Assembly (NCBI GenBank): GCA_023334545.1
Contig: JAADVB010000050.1
Coordinates: 28,018-92,017, forward strand
Direction: 5' to 3'
Origin: Salisapilia sapeloensis CBS 127946
Taxonomy: Eukaryota > Protista > Oomycota
Length of the DNA stretch: 64,000 nt
In this document: positions 35,847 to 47,473 of the stretch, in pieces
Layout of the letters: the number at the start of each line of letters is the position of its first letter
How positions within the stretch are numbered: position 1 is the stretch's first letter
Made by a program: the position numbers and the translations under genes
Notes under the pieces: generated by a model
Told to the model about the DNA's origin: nothing
Database searches by the model: none
The model's input: the letters and a program-made list of their open reading frames with translations, nothing else

Positions 35847-37865
35847 TTATCCAAACTTGCCATCGAAACCGACAAAGCCACTGAGTTTAAAGATCGGGAA
35901 GAATGGTTTCTTGTCCAGATTCGAGCACCAGTTCCAAGCGCTTGTGAGGCGACCATCAATACAGGATCCGGCATCAAAGAAGTTGTCTGCACCACTGCCA
36001 TCGAACGCTTCTCGGAAAAAGTCCGAGAGGATCGTACGCTTCAGTGCTGCTGGACCATTAAACGTTTTGACAATATAATCGTTCAATTCCTTCGACTTGC
36101 TACACAAGTCATCAATGGCATCAACCGTCTTTACAATCGGTCGTAGAATATGTCCAACCTGCGTGTACTTGTCGATAAAGATGAGTGCATTCGGCACATT
36201 CTTGTCACCCAAGTGGATGACACTCGATCCGACCCACGAGTCCAAACGACGTTGAGTCGAGTGCAAAATCACGTGCATCGCTCTCGACACACGTGGTGAC
36301 TGCTGAATACGATGGAGACCTTGACCAGTGTCCGTCAAGTTGTAGGACGTACCATCCGCCAAGAGATCCTCGTCCGTTAGACACCACAGTCGGAACATGT
36401 CGTGCGCAATCTCACGCCACAGCGTCAGCGACTGCAGGACGTAGTTAAACTGCCTCGTGTGGGAATGGGACAAGCGAGCACCGTCATTTCCACTGACGAT
36501 CGCCAAGGACGCACCCTCCTTCTCTTGCGTCGGATCAAAGTGCTCTTTCAACAGCGCAATCATCCGATCGATCGGATCGCGTTCAAAGTACAAGTGGTAG
36601 TTGTTGTCTGCAATCGAGTAGAGACACTGCTGCATGTCGTCCTTAGTCAGTTTATGATTCGTGTATCGACTAGTGATCTCCTTGATCGCTTTCTCCTTCA
36701 TCTTAATCTGCCGTTGGATCTGCATGCGGGACTTGCCTTCAGGCGTTACGACCATCGTGGCGTATCCGATCTTTGGATCTTTTAAAGCGTCTTCTGCGCC
36801 TGCTTCCTGCAGCACATCGTATACGGATCGGATCTTGCGTAAACAAGAGAAGCCGAGCAAGTCTTGGATGTGTGGACTGTTCGCGTCTTGGAGCAAGTAC
36901 ATAAGCTTCCCGTACTCGCCACGCATCTTCTCTGGGTTCATTATCTTGTATCTCCGGCCGAGCTCAAAGATCTCTTGCAAGAATTCTTCATGCTGAGCAA
37001 AATCCTTGTCCTCTAGCACTTCCTGTCCGCTACGATAGTCGGCAGCAGTCATGATTCCAGAGAGGAAGCCACAGATGTCTTGCAACTGAGCGCGCACACG
37101 TTTGGCTGGAGCCATGTACGCTGGCGTATCGAGCTTGTCGGTGTAGCTACTGACACTGAGTGCTGCTTCAAGGATATGCAGCAAACGTCTCTCTTCGTAC
37201 GTGAGTCGCACGGGAATGTACTTGGCACGCTCGACCATATCCTGTGCGTCTTGGTCGTTCATAGGCGTATCGGTCGTACTGGACATGGAGTAGCTGGGAG
37301 CCGAGCGTGCACCTAAAGAGAAGAGAGAGCCAAAAGCGGCACATATGTTACGCTGAGGTCTAGGAGAGGAAGCAGTAGAAGATTGAGATGAGCTCTCCTC
37401 ACCACTATCGTCGTTGTCGTCCTTGTCATCGCCTCGGGCGTCCTATACAATCGAGATAAGTTATAAGCAGACTGGTAGTTTATCATCAGATAGAAATAGA
37501 CGCGAGTATACCAAGCTAATGGGCATGTCGACGTCCTTGGTCTTGTCAGGTGTACCGACTGGTTGGTGCGTATGGCGTCTACGATTACCCTTTCGATGTT
37601 GCCCACCGAAGCAGAGGTCACAAAAGTAGTCATGACACTGCTCGCAAAAGAGCTCAGCAGCATGTGCTCTACACTCGACACACATGACTTGACCTGAAGT
37701 CGACCGTTCGTACGGCTCGAGCTCCTTGTCATTCATCGATTCCTTTGCATGGAGCTGACTTAATGGACCTTCCCCATTATCGTCACCCATATCCTCTTCA
37801 TCATCTAACATCGCCGATAGCTTTCGCATCCGGCTCACACGTTCAATCGCATCAGTACTCGCCAT
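35847..37865 (-). CDS. B-box zinc finger plus DUF2009 (UPF0652-like) protein
   Basis: Exon 1 has the B-box CVECRAHAAELFCEQCHDYFCDLCFGGQHRKGNRRRH. Two GT-AG introns join it in frame to ORF 35847-37286 (YIPVRLTYEER..., RRYKIMNPEKMR, AGSCIDGRLTSAWNWC). Confidence 0.88.
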
Positions 37866-37940
37866 GCCGCCCGTCCACCTTCGTCTGGTGTCGAACTTTT
37901 ATGTGTCGTACATCACGAACGACAAGCAAGTAGGACCGAA

Positions 37941-38516
37941 ATGGATGATTTGCTATCGTACGAGTACATTTGCAAGTTAGACGAGCTTCCAGAAGGCTCT
38001 CGTCGATGTTTTGCGCTCCCGTCTTCTCAACGAGGTCTATTGCTCATTCGATTGGATGGACAAGTCTATTGTCTCGATCAAGCATGCTATCGTAAGCTGA
38101 TGTTCATCTGACTTTGGATGGTCTTGCTCATGCGTGTCTATGATGAGGTAGATCATGGCGGACCGTTGGTGAATGGCGATATTGAAGAGATCGGTGGGAA
38201 GAGGACGATCAAGTGTCCTTGGCATGCCTATCAAATTGCAATCGAGACGGGAGAAGGGCTGTACAAGGGCGTGGATATGGCCATGGATCCAGCGACCAAG
38301 AAGCTCGTCAAGTCAGCACCAAAGATCAAGAGCAAAGGAGTCAAGCAACGAACGCATTTCGTACGGATAGAAAACGGGGCAGACGTGTACGTCGCCGACT
38401 CGTCACTCGTACCTGGTTGTGCGACGATCGAGTCGGACATTTATGCACTTAAGCCGACCGAGATTCCACCTCGTCAAGAACGAGGTCAAGTAAAAATTCA
38501 TTCTAGCATGCAATAA
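37941..38516 (+). CDS. Rieske [2Fe-2S] domain protein (RFESD-like)
   Basis: One intron. The spliced product has the Rieske ligands CYH|HGGP and CPWH. Confidence 0.88.
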
Positions 38517-38568
38517 CCAAACAGAAAAAACCTGTGCCTATTTTTCGTCTTATTCGGTTCGTGTAGAA

Positions 38569-41189
38569 TCACAAGGACTTGGTCACGACGCGAGCGGCGT
38601 CCGCACGTACAAAGAGCTTGGCGGACGCATGCGGCTTCTGATGACGCAGCCAGAACGTTGCGTCAGCCATCGTCAACTGGCTGTCGTCACGCCGACGATG
38701 CTTCTGCGTAATGCTCTCATTGACTCGGCCATCGACCTTGACGACGCCCTTCTTATCGTCCTGCAGCAGTCGTTCCTTTAGATCCTTCTTCGCCAGCTCA
38801 CTGACGTCCATCTCGCCCTCGTCCCGTTCATCCTGCGGCGGCTGCTTGCCCTTGTCCGCCTTCTTTCGCTTCTTACTCCGCTCGCGCTCCAATTGCTCCT
38901 CCTTCTTCCCTTCCTCAAGTAGTTTACTCCGCATCGACAGATCCTCCTCTCTCATACGTGCGAACGAGTCGTTGCTACTGACACGCAGCAAGTCTGCGCC
39001 AGTCACTTGCATCTGTCCCCTCCTTCCAGGCCGTGGCTGTATCTGCTCGAGAGACTGGGCACTGCTATCACCTCGTTGTTTCGAGATCTCGACCATCTCT
39101 TCCATCGCTTGCTTCAAGTATTCGTGCAGCGCATACGACATGACTTCACTCGTGTTCGTACCTAGCTGTACACCCTGTCGAGAAGCGATTTGTCGCATGA
39201 ACTGCGTCAACTGATCGGATTTGAATAAATCGCTTTCAGCCCACTCCGCCTTCCGACTCGCAAGTCGTTCTGGCAATTGTCCAGGAAGCTTGGCACCTTC
39301 CATCATCGACTTGCGCTCAGCCGCGAGCTCGACGTTCGTGTGCGTCAGTACATCCGCCTCCTTTCGAATGTCCGAAGCATTAGCTTGTGCTAGTTCCTGC
39401 TCGACAGTCGTGTCCGTCCGACCTTTTGCCGGTGGTATCACCTTGGCTTTCTTCACGGGCGATCGAGGCGTCGCACCTGTAGAGCTCCCGCTACGTTTAA
39501 GTGATGGAGATGCAGCTGGGACGATGGGCTGCAACCCGATCTTACACACTGGACAATTGTTCGTGTTATTACTCGCCTGACACATCTTGTAGTGGGAATA
39601 AATCTCTTTGAACGTCTGTGCTCGTTTTGGAGCATTCGGAGCATTCATCTGCTTTAAAAGGCTTTTGGCTTCCGCGCATTCTTCTCCGACAGGACATGAC
39701 GAAGTGTTGCACTGCTGGACGTGGAGGATAAGCTGTAGCATCCGACCGTACTCTGCCGGTCCACTCGCCGGGGCACTTGGCTTGGGGCTAGATGCAGGGA
39801 CAGAAGGACGAGAGGTAGGTGGTTGGGAGACCGACGGTTTTCTCTTCGCAGCAATCGGTGCAGCTGGCTTCGTAACCGGCGTGGGTTTTGCTGTAGGTGG
39901 TGACTTGGCCACCTTTGCCTTGGATGCAGGAGACGTCGTCGCTCGTTTCGCGGCGGAGAGAGGCGTGTTGTCCTCATCGTCACTCGGTTGCTTTGCCTTG
40001 GTCGACTGATATGTCTGGCGAAGACCGTCGCAGAACGGAATGGGGCACTTGTCGTTTAAAGCAATGGTACAGTCCTTTGCATGGTACTTGACTAGACCTT
40101 TCAGCTGATCGCAATGCGTGCATCCGTGTGTCGCTCCACACGTGACACTGTGCTTGAAGACTCGCCTCACGTCTTCACACTTTTTCACTTGACACTGTCC
40201 AGGCCCAGCGGTGCATTTCGTCGCGTGGAATAAAAGCTGTTTGGCAAATTTGATCTTAGCTTCTGTGTCCTTGTTGGCCGTTGCCTGTGGCTCTGGCTTG
40301 ATAGGAACTTGAGCCTGCGATGTTACTGGAGCTGATGCTGGTGCAGAAGCTGGTGCTGATACAGGAGCACTTGTAGTTGTCTATGGTTGCATTAGAAGAT
40401 GGGGATGGGAGAATGTACTTGGCGTAGCCTACCGCTGGTTGTTTAGACGTATCCATCTTTTGAATGACACTGGCGAATATCTTGTCACCAACGACACGTT
40501 TGATGGTATCTACGATCGCCTTGACGTTATTCTATAAGCAATAGTTAGACACGGATCTCTTCTAAGGAGGTGATAAGCATACTCCATCGACATTCTTGAG
40601 CTCCTTGTGGAGTGCCAAGTACTTGTCTGGCGGAAGGAGTTTTTGTAGCAACTCGAACATCTTCTTGAACATCTCCTGACCATTGTTTAGCATCGGAGAT
40701 GTCGACGTCGACACACTTGGAGTGGATGCTACGCCTGCTAAGAAGGATTTATATAAACTACGACTCGTGCAATTTAATTTCATAACTGTATCCAACCTGT
40801 ACTTGCTGTAGAGGATGGTGCAATGGAGGCGGTAGGTGCCACAGAGGCGCTAGGGGCAACCGTAACGGATCCTGGTGCAAGCGTTGGTGCAGGCGCCGAC
40901 AACGGCATGGAGCTGGGTGGCTCCGGTAGAGACGATGAAACGGATTCTCCAGGCGACAATATTCCTTCCGGTGCTGATATAGGGGCAGACATACCGAGTG
41001 CTGCGCTTGGACTGAGCATGCTACCCTGCAGTCCATTGCTCGCCTCTGTTCGACCGAAAAAAAGTGAGTTCATGTTGGTCGTTCTTTCGGCTCATACGCC
41101 AAACTAGTGGTCGTAATAGACTTACCGTTCAACGCTTCATCCCCAGGGTCATCATCGTCGAATAAAAGCTCGTCAATCGGTGCGCTCAT
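38569..41189 (-). CDS. TAF4: TAF4-like protein with an N-terminal RST domain and two TAZ-type zinc fingers
   Basis: Four introns. RST-like FELLQKLLPPDKY...IKRVVGDKIFASVIQKM. TAZ LLFHATKC...C...C...HSVTC...C..C...HAKDC...CPIPFC. Histone-fold-like LTQFMRQIASRQG...MSYALHEYLKQAMEEMVEISKQR. C-terminal LTMADATFWL. Confidence 0.75.
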
Positions 41190-41547
41190 GTCGGTCTAGG
41201 ATGCTCCTTCTCGAGGTTCACCTCCAGACTAGAATTGCATACTGAGCCTTTGAGTCGATTTCGGAACTAGCTGAGACGGCTCATTTGTTCGAAACATGTA
41301 GTTGTTTAGAATGTGTTTCAATCTCACATGCCTCTTCTTTACTTCATCAAGCGATGACCGGGCGAACGTGTACATTGCAAATCTTTCCCTTTCATGCAGG
41401 ATGTGCTGAAGATGTGTCTAGTGCTTTTTGCTCTTGATAATATTTGCACATGCATGTTATTTCGAACATTTCGCACGGTTGGAAATGTGTTCGAAATAGA
41501 CGAGCTCGTGTGCAGGATCACTTTCGAATCGACCGCCGAGCAAAGCA

Positions 41548-43373
41548 ATGGGCAAGCAACACATCATCCGAGGCGTTGGCCGTATGGCTGATGTTGTCAT
41601 GAAAGAGGGCAAAGGAAGTTATGTCTGGACTACGGAAGGAAATAAACTCCTAGATTTCGTACGTCATGTCGTATGCTATCGAAGATCATCGTCCGTTCTC
41701 AATCGTTTCATGGACTAGACATCCGGCATTGCCGTCACCAACCTCGGTCATTGCCATCCTCGCGTCGTTGAGGCAGTGCAAAAGCAAGCTGCAACCCTCG
41801 TCCATGGACAGGTAAACGATATGCTCAAGTAGCGTGGTCACAGATCTGATAACGCTCGAGCTCCAGGTGAACATCGCCTACCACGAGCCCATGCTGGAGC
41901 TAACGGATCGGCTGGCTCCGTCCATGCCTCAAGGACTCGACCAGCTCTTCTTTGCTTCTACGTAAGCTGCTTTAATACTCATTCAATCCATCGACTGACA
42001 CGGATGCATCTAGCGGAGCGGAGGCTGTCGAGAATGCAGTCAAGCTAGCTCGTCACTCTACTGGCAAATCGAACATTATTGCGTTCCAAGTACATTTATT
42101 TCGGTGCATGCATTGTAGCTGAGACTAAACTTCTTATTTAGGGTGGATATCACGGTCGCTCCGTCGGAACGATGAGCCTCACGTCCAGCAAAACTATTTA
42201 CAGTGCCGGATTCGGGCCACTCATGAGCGGCGTGACGTTCGTTCCATACCCATACCATCTCCACGGTCCTATCTATGAAAAAGGTGTGTTTAGAGCGTAT
42301 GCACAACTAGTTCATGACTTCTCATGCACTTTGTCTCGTAGAAAAAAGCGGAGAATGGTGCTTGGAGCAGATTCGCCTCGCACTAAAGCAGCAGACAGCT
42401 CCATCCGATACTGCTGCTATCCTCATTGAACCCGTTCTGGTAGGTGCATCTTGAGCACTTGAGAAAAATGTGAATGACTGAAATTCATGTCTCGTAGGGT
42501 GAAGGAGGGTACGTTCCAGCACCCAAGAGCTTTATGCAAGGTCTGCGCCAACTCTGCGATGAGCATGACATTCTCTTGATCGCGGATGAGGTACATTTTG
42601 TTCTCCTTTCTCGTTTCCTAGTACTGATGTGGATGGCTCCTAGGTACAATGTGGATTTGGAAGAACGGGAGAGCTATTTGCTATCGACGGCCATTACGAT
42701 GTCTCACCGGACATTCTCGTCATGGCCAAAGGTATCGCCAATGGCTTCCCACTGAGTGGATTGGCGAGTCGAAAGGAGCTGACGGACAAGCAGCCTCCTG
42801 GTTCCATGGGTGGAACGTATGCTGGAAATGCAGTCTCTTGTGCTGCTGCCATTGCAGTTCATGTCAGTCTCATTTCCTCCTTATGCTCCTTCTTATGCAC
42901 TGACAAGTATTGTATTTGGATAGGATGCAATGAAAGAAGAGAACGTGTTACAGAACACGAAGACTCGTGGTGAACAGGTATACTTATATACACAGCCCCC
43001 CACCACATCCTACTCTAGAAAACTAATATGTCGACAGCTTGCTGCAGGTCTAGACCGATTGAAGGACTCGGGTCGCTATCCGATTCTGGTATGTGTACTC
43101 CAGTAGAATGTCGGAAGCGTATTGACTAAGAGCTATGGATGGTAGGACGTGCGTGGACTTGGCTTGATGCGTGCGATTGAGTTTGACCCTGCAAAGGTGT
43201 CTCCTGGTGCTGCGTCTGCGGTCGCGAATGCCTGTTTGGACAGCGGGATGCTCGTGCTGACCACGAGTGTGTATGAAACGCTGCGCCTTATGCCTCCACT
43301 CAACATCTCTTCGGAAGAATGTGACGAAGGACTCAACGCTCTAGAGCAAGCGCTTGACAAGGTCTTTGGTTAA
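41548..43373 (+). CDS. 4-aminobutyrate aminotransferase-like class III PLP aminotransferase (GabT/PuuE type)
   Basis: Ten GT-AG introns spliced by hand. Motifs LDF|[38 protein letters not shown]|GEGG, ADE|[13 protein letters not shown] and GGTYAGN. The N-terminus is uncertain. Confidence 0.9.
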
Positions 43374-43503
43374 GCAAGTCAAGCAGCTTGATGGTCTGGT
43401 CATCGTGTGCACCAGAACTCGTCCAATACAACGTTACTCTTTTCACTTGTGAACTTTTCTTCTTGACTTGCTTGGAGCGCATGATAGCCATGCTGAGAAG
43501 GTA

Positions 43504-45848
43504 CTAGCTTGCGGACGCATAGGATGACATGCGTCTGGCTGCTGATGTCGTGACTTGATGTCGTATCAGTAAGAGTTTCTTGGCCAGGTCATGGCTTTCA
43601 GACATTAATGCACGAAGATGTTGTTTTAAGAGAACGACACAATGGTCGTTGGAAAGTCGATGTTCTTCTGCACGAATGCTACTTTCGATCTCTTTTGCAT
43701 TTCTGTCCACGTCATCTCGAGTTAACACGAGTCGTTCAAGTCGTTCCTACCATGACTGTCAGCATTTAAAGCTTTAATATCAGAAAGAAATAGGTGTCTG
43801 CACCTCAATTGATCGCTTCTGCTTTTCCACCTTTTCTAGCTGCATGTTAAACTCATAGTAATGCCGCCGACTGCGTCGCATCTGATCATTCACAATACTT
43901 TCTCTTTGCGCTAATTGATCTTGGACACTAGTACGAATCTATTGGAAAAGTTAAACGACATGATCCAAGCGGTAGGTGCTGACAGCGTAGAAATTACCAG
44001 TTGACTCTCGTGAATATACTCTGCATAAGCTGACTTCGTCCCGCGGATCAATAAAATTTGGTTTTGGAGAACAGCAAGATTCTTACGCCAAAACGATTCC
44101 AGTACATTGCTCTCGATTGCTGCTTTCGCACTGTTTCGGAGAGTGTCTCCGAGTTTAGCTGTCTCCAACTTCCACGCTGTTGGCTCTACAGTTGGTTGAA
44201 TCATACCATGCGACGTTTCCTCCTCACCGGCAAAAGCTGCATCTTCTTTCACTCGAACAGAGCCCATGTTATCTCCAACAGAAAAGGCTGAGCAAGTCGA
44301 ATCATTACTTTGATCCAAGTCATCATCTGCTGTAGGAGTGACTTCGAGACTGCCGTCGCACTGCATCACGTCGGCATCGATACTGTCGATCGGCCAACTC
44401 ACCACTGGTAATATCGAGTCCGAACGATAGGTCACTACTCTAGCACTTAGTGCATCCAAGAATATACACATCTTCCATCCAGACTCACTACATAGACCAT
44501 ATGCAGAGAGCTCTTCCAGACCTTGAACACCATTCATGACTGCTGCTTCTAGCATCAATCCAGCAACGGTATCCTTTGTAAAATTATCAATATCGTTTTT
44601 AAGACGAACGTCCATGCAGTTAAACAACCAAGTCGCAAGATGCTGAAAGTCTTGAAACATGGAAGACGCTGAGGTTCGTTGGTCTCCAACAAAATGTTTT
44701 CGAGAGATAGAAGAAAGGTTTTCGTATCGAAGCACACTTAAACGATCATAAAGCCGTTCCATTGCAAATTCCGCTCGCTTCATGGCTTTCATATCGTTCG
44801 TGCCACGTGAAACTACGATTCTATCAGATTGCTTTCTTTGTGCCTGTTGCTCTGAAGACGGTCTAGGCGGTGGATTTGACTGAACATCATCAGCATCCGC
44901 TCCATTGGTCCCTGTAATCGATTTCGTGGTCTCAATGCTCGAGTACGATTTTGTATGCCGATTCTCTTTTGTTTGATTGCCTTCCACGCGATCACTCGGT
45001 CGAACGTGTTCTAGGCATACCTCTTTCACCTTTTGGACAGTCGGCCGGTCCTTTGGTTTCAGTTGGAGCATGCTATCAACCAAAAGACGTAACTCGTTGC
45101 TGTAGAAATTAGGTATTCCTTCATACTCTCCTTTGTTTATCTTTTCAAAAAGGCCGGCGAGATTCAATCCTTCTTCTTTAAAAGGAGAACGCAGCGTCGC
45201 CAGTTCATACAAAATGCATCCCAAAGACCATACGTCACTTTTCCAGTCATAGCCTTCACCACGCAGAACTTCTGGAGACATGTACAAGGGTGTCCCGACT
45301 TTAGATTTTACCTGCATCGTGTCATTTCCAAGCAAACGACCTAGACCAAGATCGCCGACTTTGAGGATTCCTTGGGATGTCAAAAAGATGTTGGCTGGTT
45401 TCAAATCTCGATGCATGATACGATTGGCATGCAGATAAAGAACAGCTTCAGTGAGCTGTAGAAAGTAACGCCAGATCGTTTGTTCATCGAACCGAGTGCC
45501 TCGTTCTCGAGCTTTGCGAAGCTGTCGTTTCAAATCACCGACATCGGCCCACTCAAACGTAATGTAGAGCTTTTTATCGTCAAGAAAGCAGTCCATATAC
45601 TGGATCAAGTTTGGATGCTGCGTACGCTGGACCAACTGCACTTCCTTCAAAGTCTTTCGTCTTGATCGCTCATCCAGAATGTCAAAGCCAGCGACTTTCT
45701 TTAAAGCGACAATTCGACCATCAACAATCCGTCGAGCTTTATACACCACTGCAAACTTTCCTTTTCCAATTGGCTTCAGCACCTCATAATCTTGTAGACT
45801 ACCACTAGACGCAAACAGAGCTTGTTGGTCCGAGGACAGGACGTCCAT
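43504..45848 (-). CDS. NEK6/7-type Ser/Thr kinase fused to an IFT57/HIPPI-like region
   Basis: Kinase motifs IGKGKFAVVY, HRDLKPAN, GDLGLG and GTPLYMSPE. C-terminal MERLYDRLSVLRYE...RKHF...FQHLATWL, FLDAL, WKLE and RESIVNDQ. Two introns join ORF 43504-43728. Confidence 0.85.
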
Positions 45849-45967
45849 CGTTTGATGTCGTGATCCTCAAAAGTCGCATGTAGCCATGTTATTCAAAAGT
45901 ACCGTGTCTTCCTACCTAAATGTCGTGTCGACACGACTGGTTCTCACAATTTGATCGATAGACAAGT

Positions 45968-47242
45968 ATGCCGAAAGGACCTCGTAGCAAGCCGAAGCGT
46001 GCCGCGCCATTGGAAAAGCAATTGGCATTTGATAGCAAACCATGGTACGAAAAGGGCAAAGGCCCGAAAGCTGGTGAAAATGCGTCGGATGATGAAGACG
46101 CAGACATGGTTGGTCAAGAAGTCGTTCCGGAACGATTGAGCCGAAAGACACTGGCAATGGCTCGTGAGCAACAGCAAGAGATGGAACGAGAGCGCAAAGG
46201 TGGTAGCAAGAAATCTGCTCCACTTGCTCGTGCTGCTGTGGAAAGCAGTGATGAAGAAGAAGAAGAGGAGGATGAAGAGATGGGATCGGATGGTGACGAC
46301 ATGGTGCGCCTAAACGATGGGTACGTCGAAGAGATTGAGGTGGACGAAGAGGATGAAGCAGCAATGGCGAATTTCATGATGGGTGCACCGGAACGTCGTA
46401 ATTTGGCTGATATCATCATGGACAAGATCCAGCAGAAGGAGGCAGTGGAACGTGGAGACGTCGAGTACGAAGCGTACGAAGAAGTGGGTCAGAAATTCGA
46501 TCCGAAGATTGTCGAAGTGTACACTGGAGTGGGCAAGATTCTCCAGCGCTACACGAGTGGAAAGCTACCGAAAGCTTTTAAGGTAATTCCAAGTCTGAGC
46601 TACTGGGAAGACATTCTATGGCTGACAGCGCCGGACAAGTGGTCTCCACATGCCATGCGTGCTGCCACTCGGCTCTTTGCGTCCAACTTGAACCCGAAGA
46701 TGGCACAGCGCTTCTACAACGTCTTCTTGCTGGAACACGTGCGAGAGGACATTCGGGAAAACAAACGACTAAACTATCACTTGTACATGGCACTCAAGAA
46801 GGCTTTATACAAGCCGCAGGCGTTCTACAAGGGCATTATCATCCCGTTGTGTGAAGGTCGGGATTGCTCGTTGCGGGAAGCTGCTATCATCGGAAGTGTC
46901 CTGTCCAAGGTGTCCGTGCCAGTGATCCACTCGGCTGCGACGCTGATGAAATTGGCCGAGATGCCTTACTCTGGTAGCAACAGTATGTTCATTCGTGTGC
47001 TGCTGAACAAAAAGTACAGTCTTCCAACGCGTGTGATCAATGCGCTGGGTGAACACTTTATTCGTTTCACGGACGACTCACAGGAGCTGCCGGTGCTATG
47101 GCATCAATCGCTCCTTGTCTTCTGCCAACGATACAAGAACGACATTTCCAAGAGCCACAAGGACCGTATGAAACCATTGCTAAAGCAACACTTTCATCAC
47201 CAGATCACGCCTGAGATTCGTCGCGAACTGTTTGTTGAATAA
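45968..47242 (+). CDS. BYSL: Bystin / Enp1 (40S ribosome biogenesis factor)
   Basis: Motifs RNLADIIMDKI, YTSGKLPKAFK, KALYKP and LPVLWHQSLLVFCQRYK...HHQITPEIRREL. Confidence 0.96.
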   Translation: MPKGPRSKPKRAAPLEKQLAFDSKPWYEKGKGPKAGENASDDEDADMVGQEVVPERLSRKTLAMAREQQQEMERERKGGSKKSAPLARAAVESSDEEEEEEDEEMGSDGDDMVRLNDGYVEEIEVDEEDEAAMANFMMGAPERRNLADIIMDKIQQKEAVERGDVEYEAYEEVGQKFDPKIVEVYTGVGKILQRYTSGKLPKAFKVIPSLSYWEDILWLTAPDKWSPHAMRAATRLFASNLNPKMAQRFYNVFLLEHVREDIRENKRLNYHLYMALKKALYKPQAFYKGIIIPLCEGRDCSLREAAIIGSVLSKVSVPVIHSAATLMKLAEMPYSGSNSMFIRVLLNKKYSLPTRVINALGEHFIRFTDDSQELPVLWHQSLLVFCQRYKNDISKSHKDRMKPLLKQHFHHQITPEIRRELFVE

Positions 47243-47473
47243 GTTAACCCAATACAACTCCTTTCTGCTTGTTCACTCGTATTGGACAGTTATGGTAATA
47301 GCAAGGGTACTTGACTAGTTTCTACAGCAATAGATCGATTCGAGCTAATGGTAACTTGGCCATCAGCATAGTCTAGTACGATAACTTGTGCCATAGTGAA
47401 GTAAGTTTAAGAAGTCTACATTACTGTCCATAAGAATAGAAGAACAACGTAAAATACAAGATCACCAGAAGAG

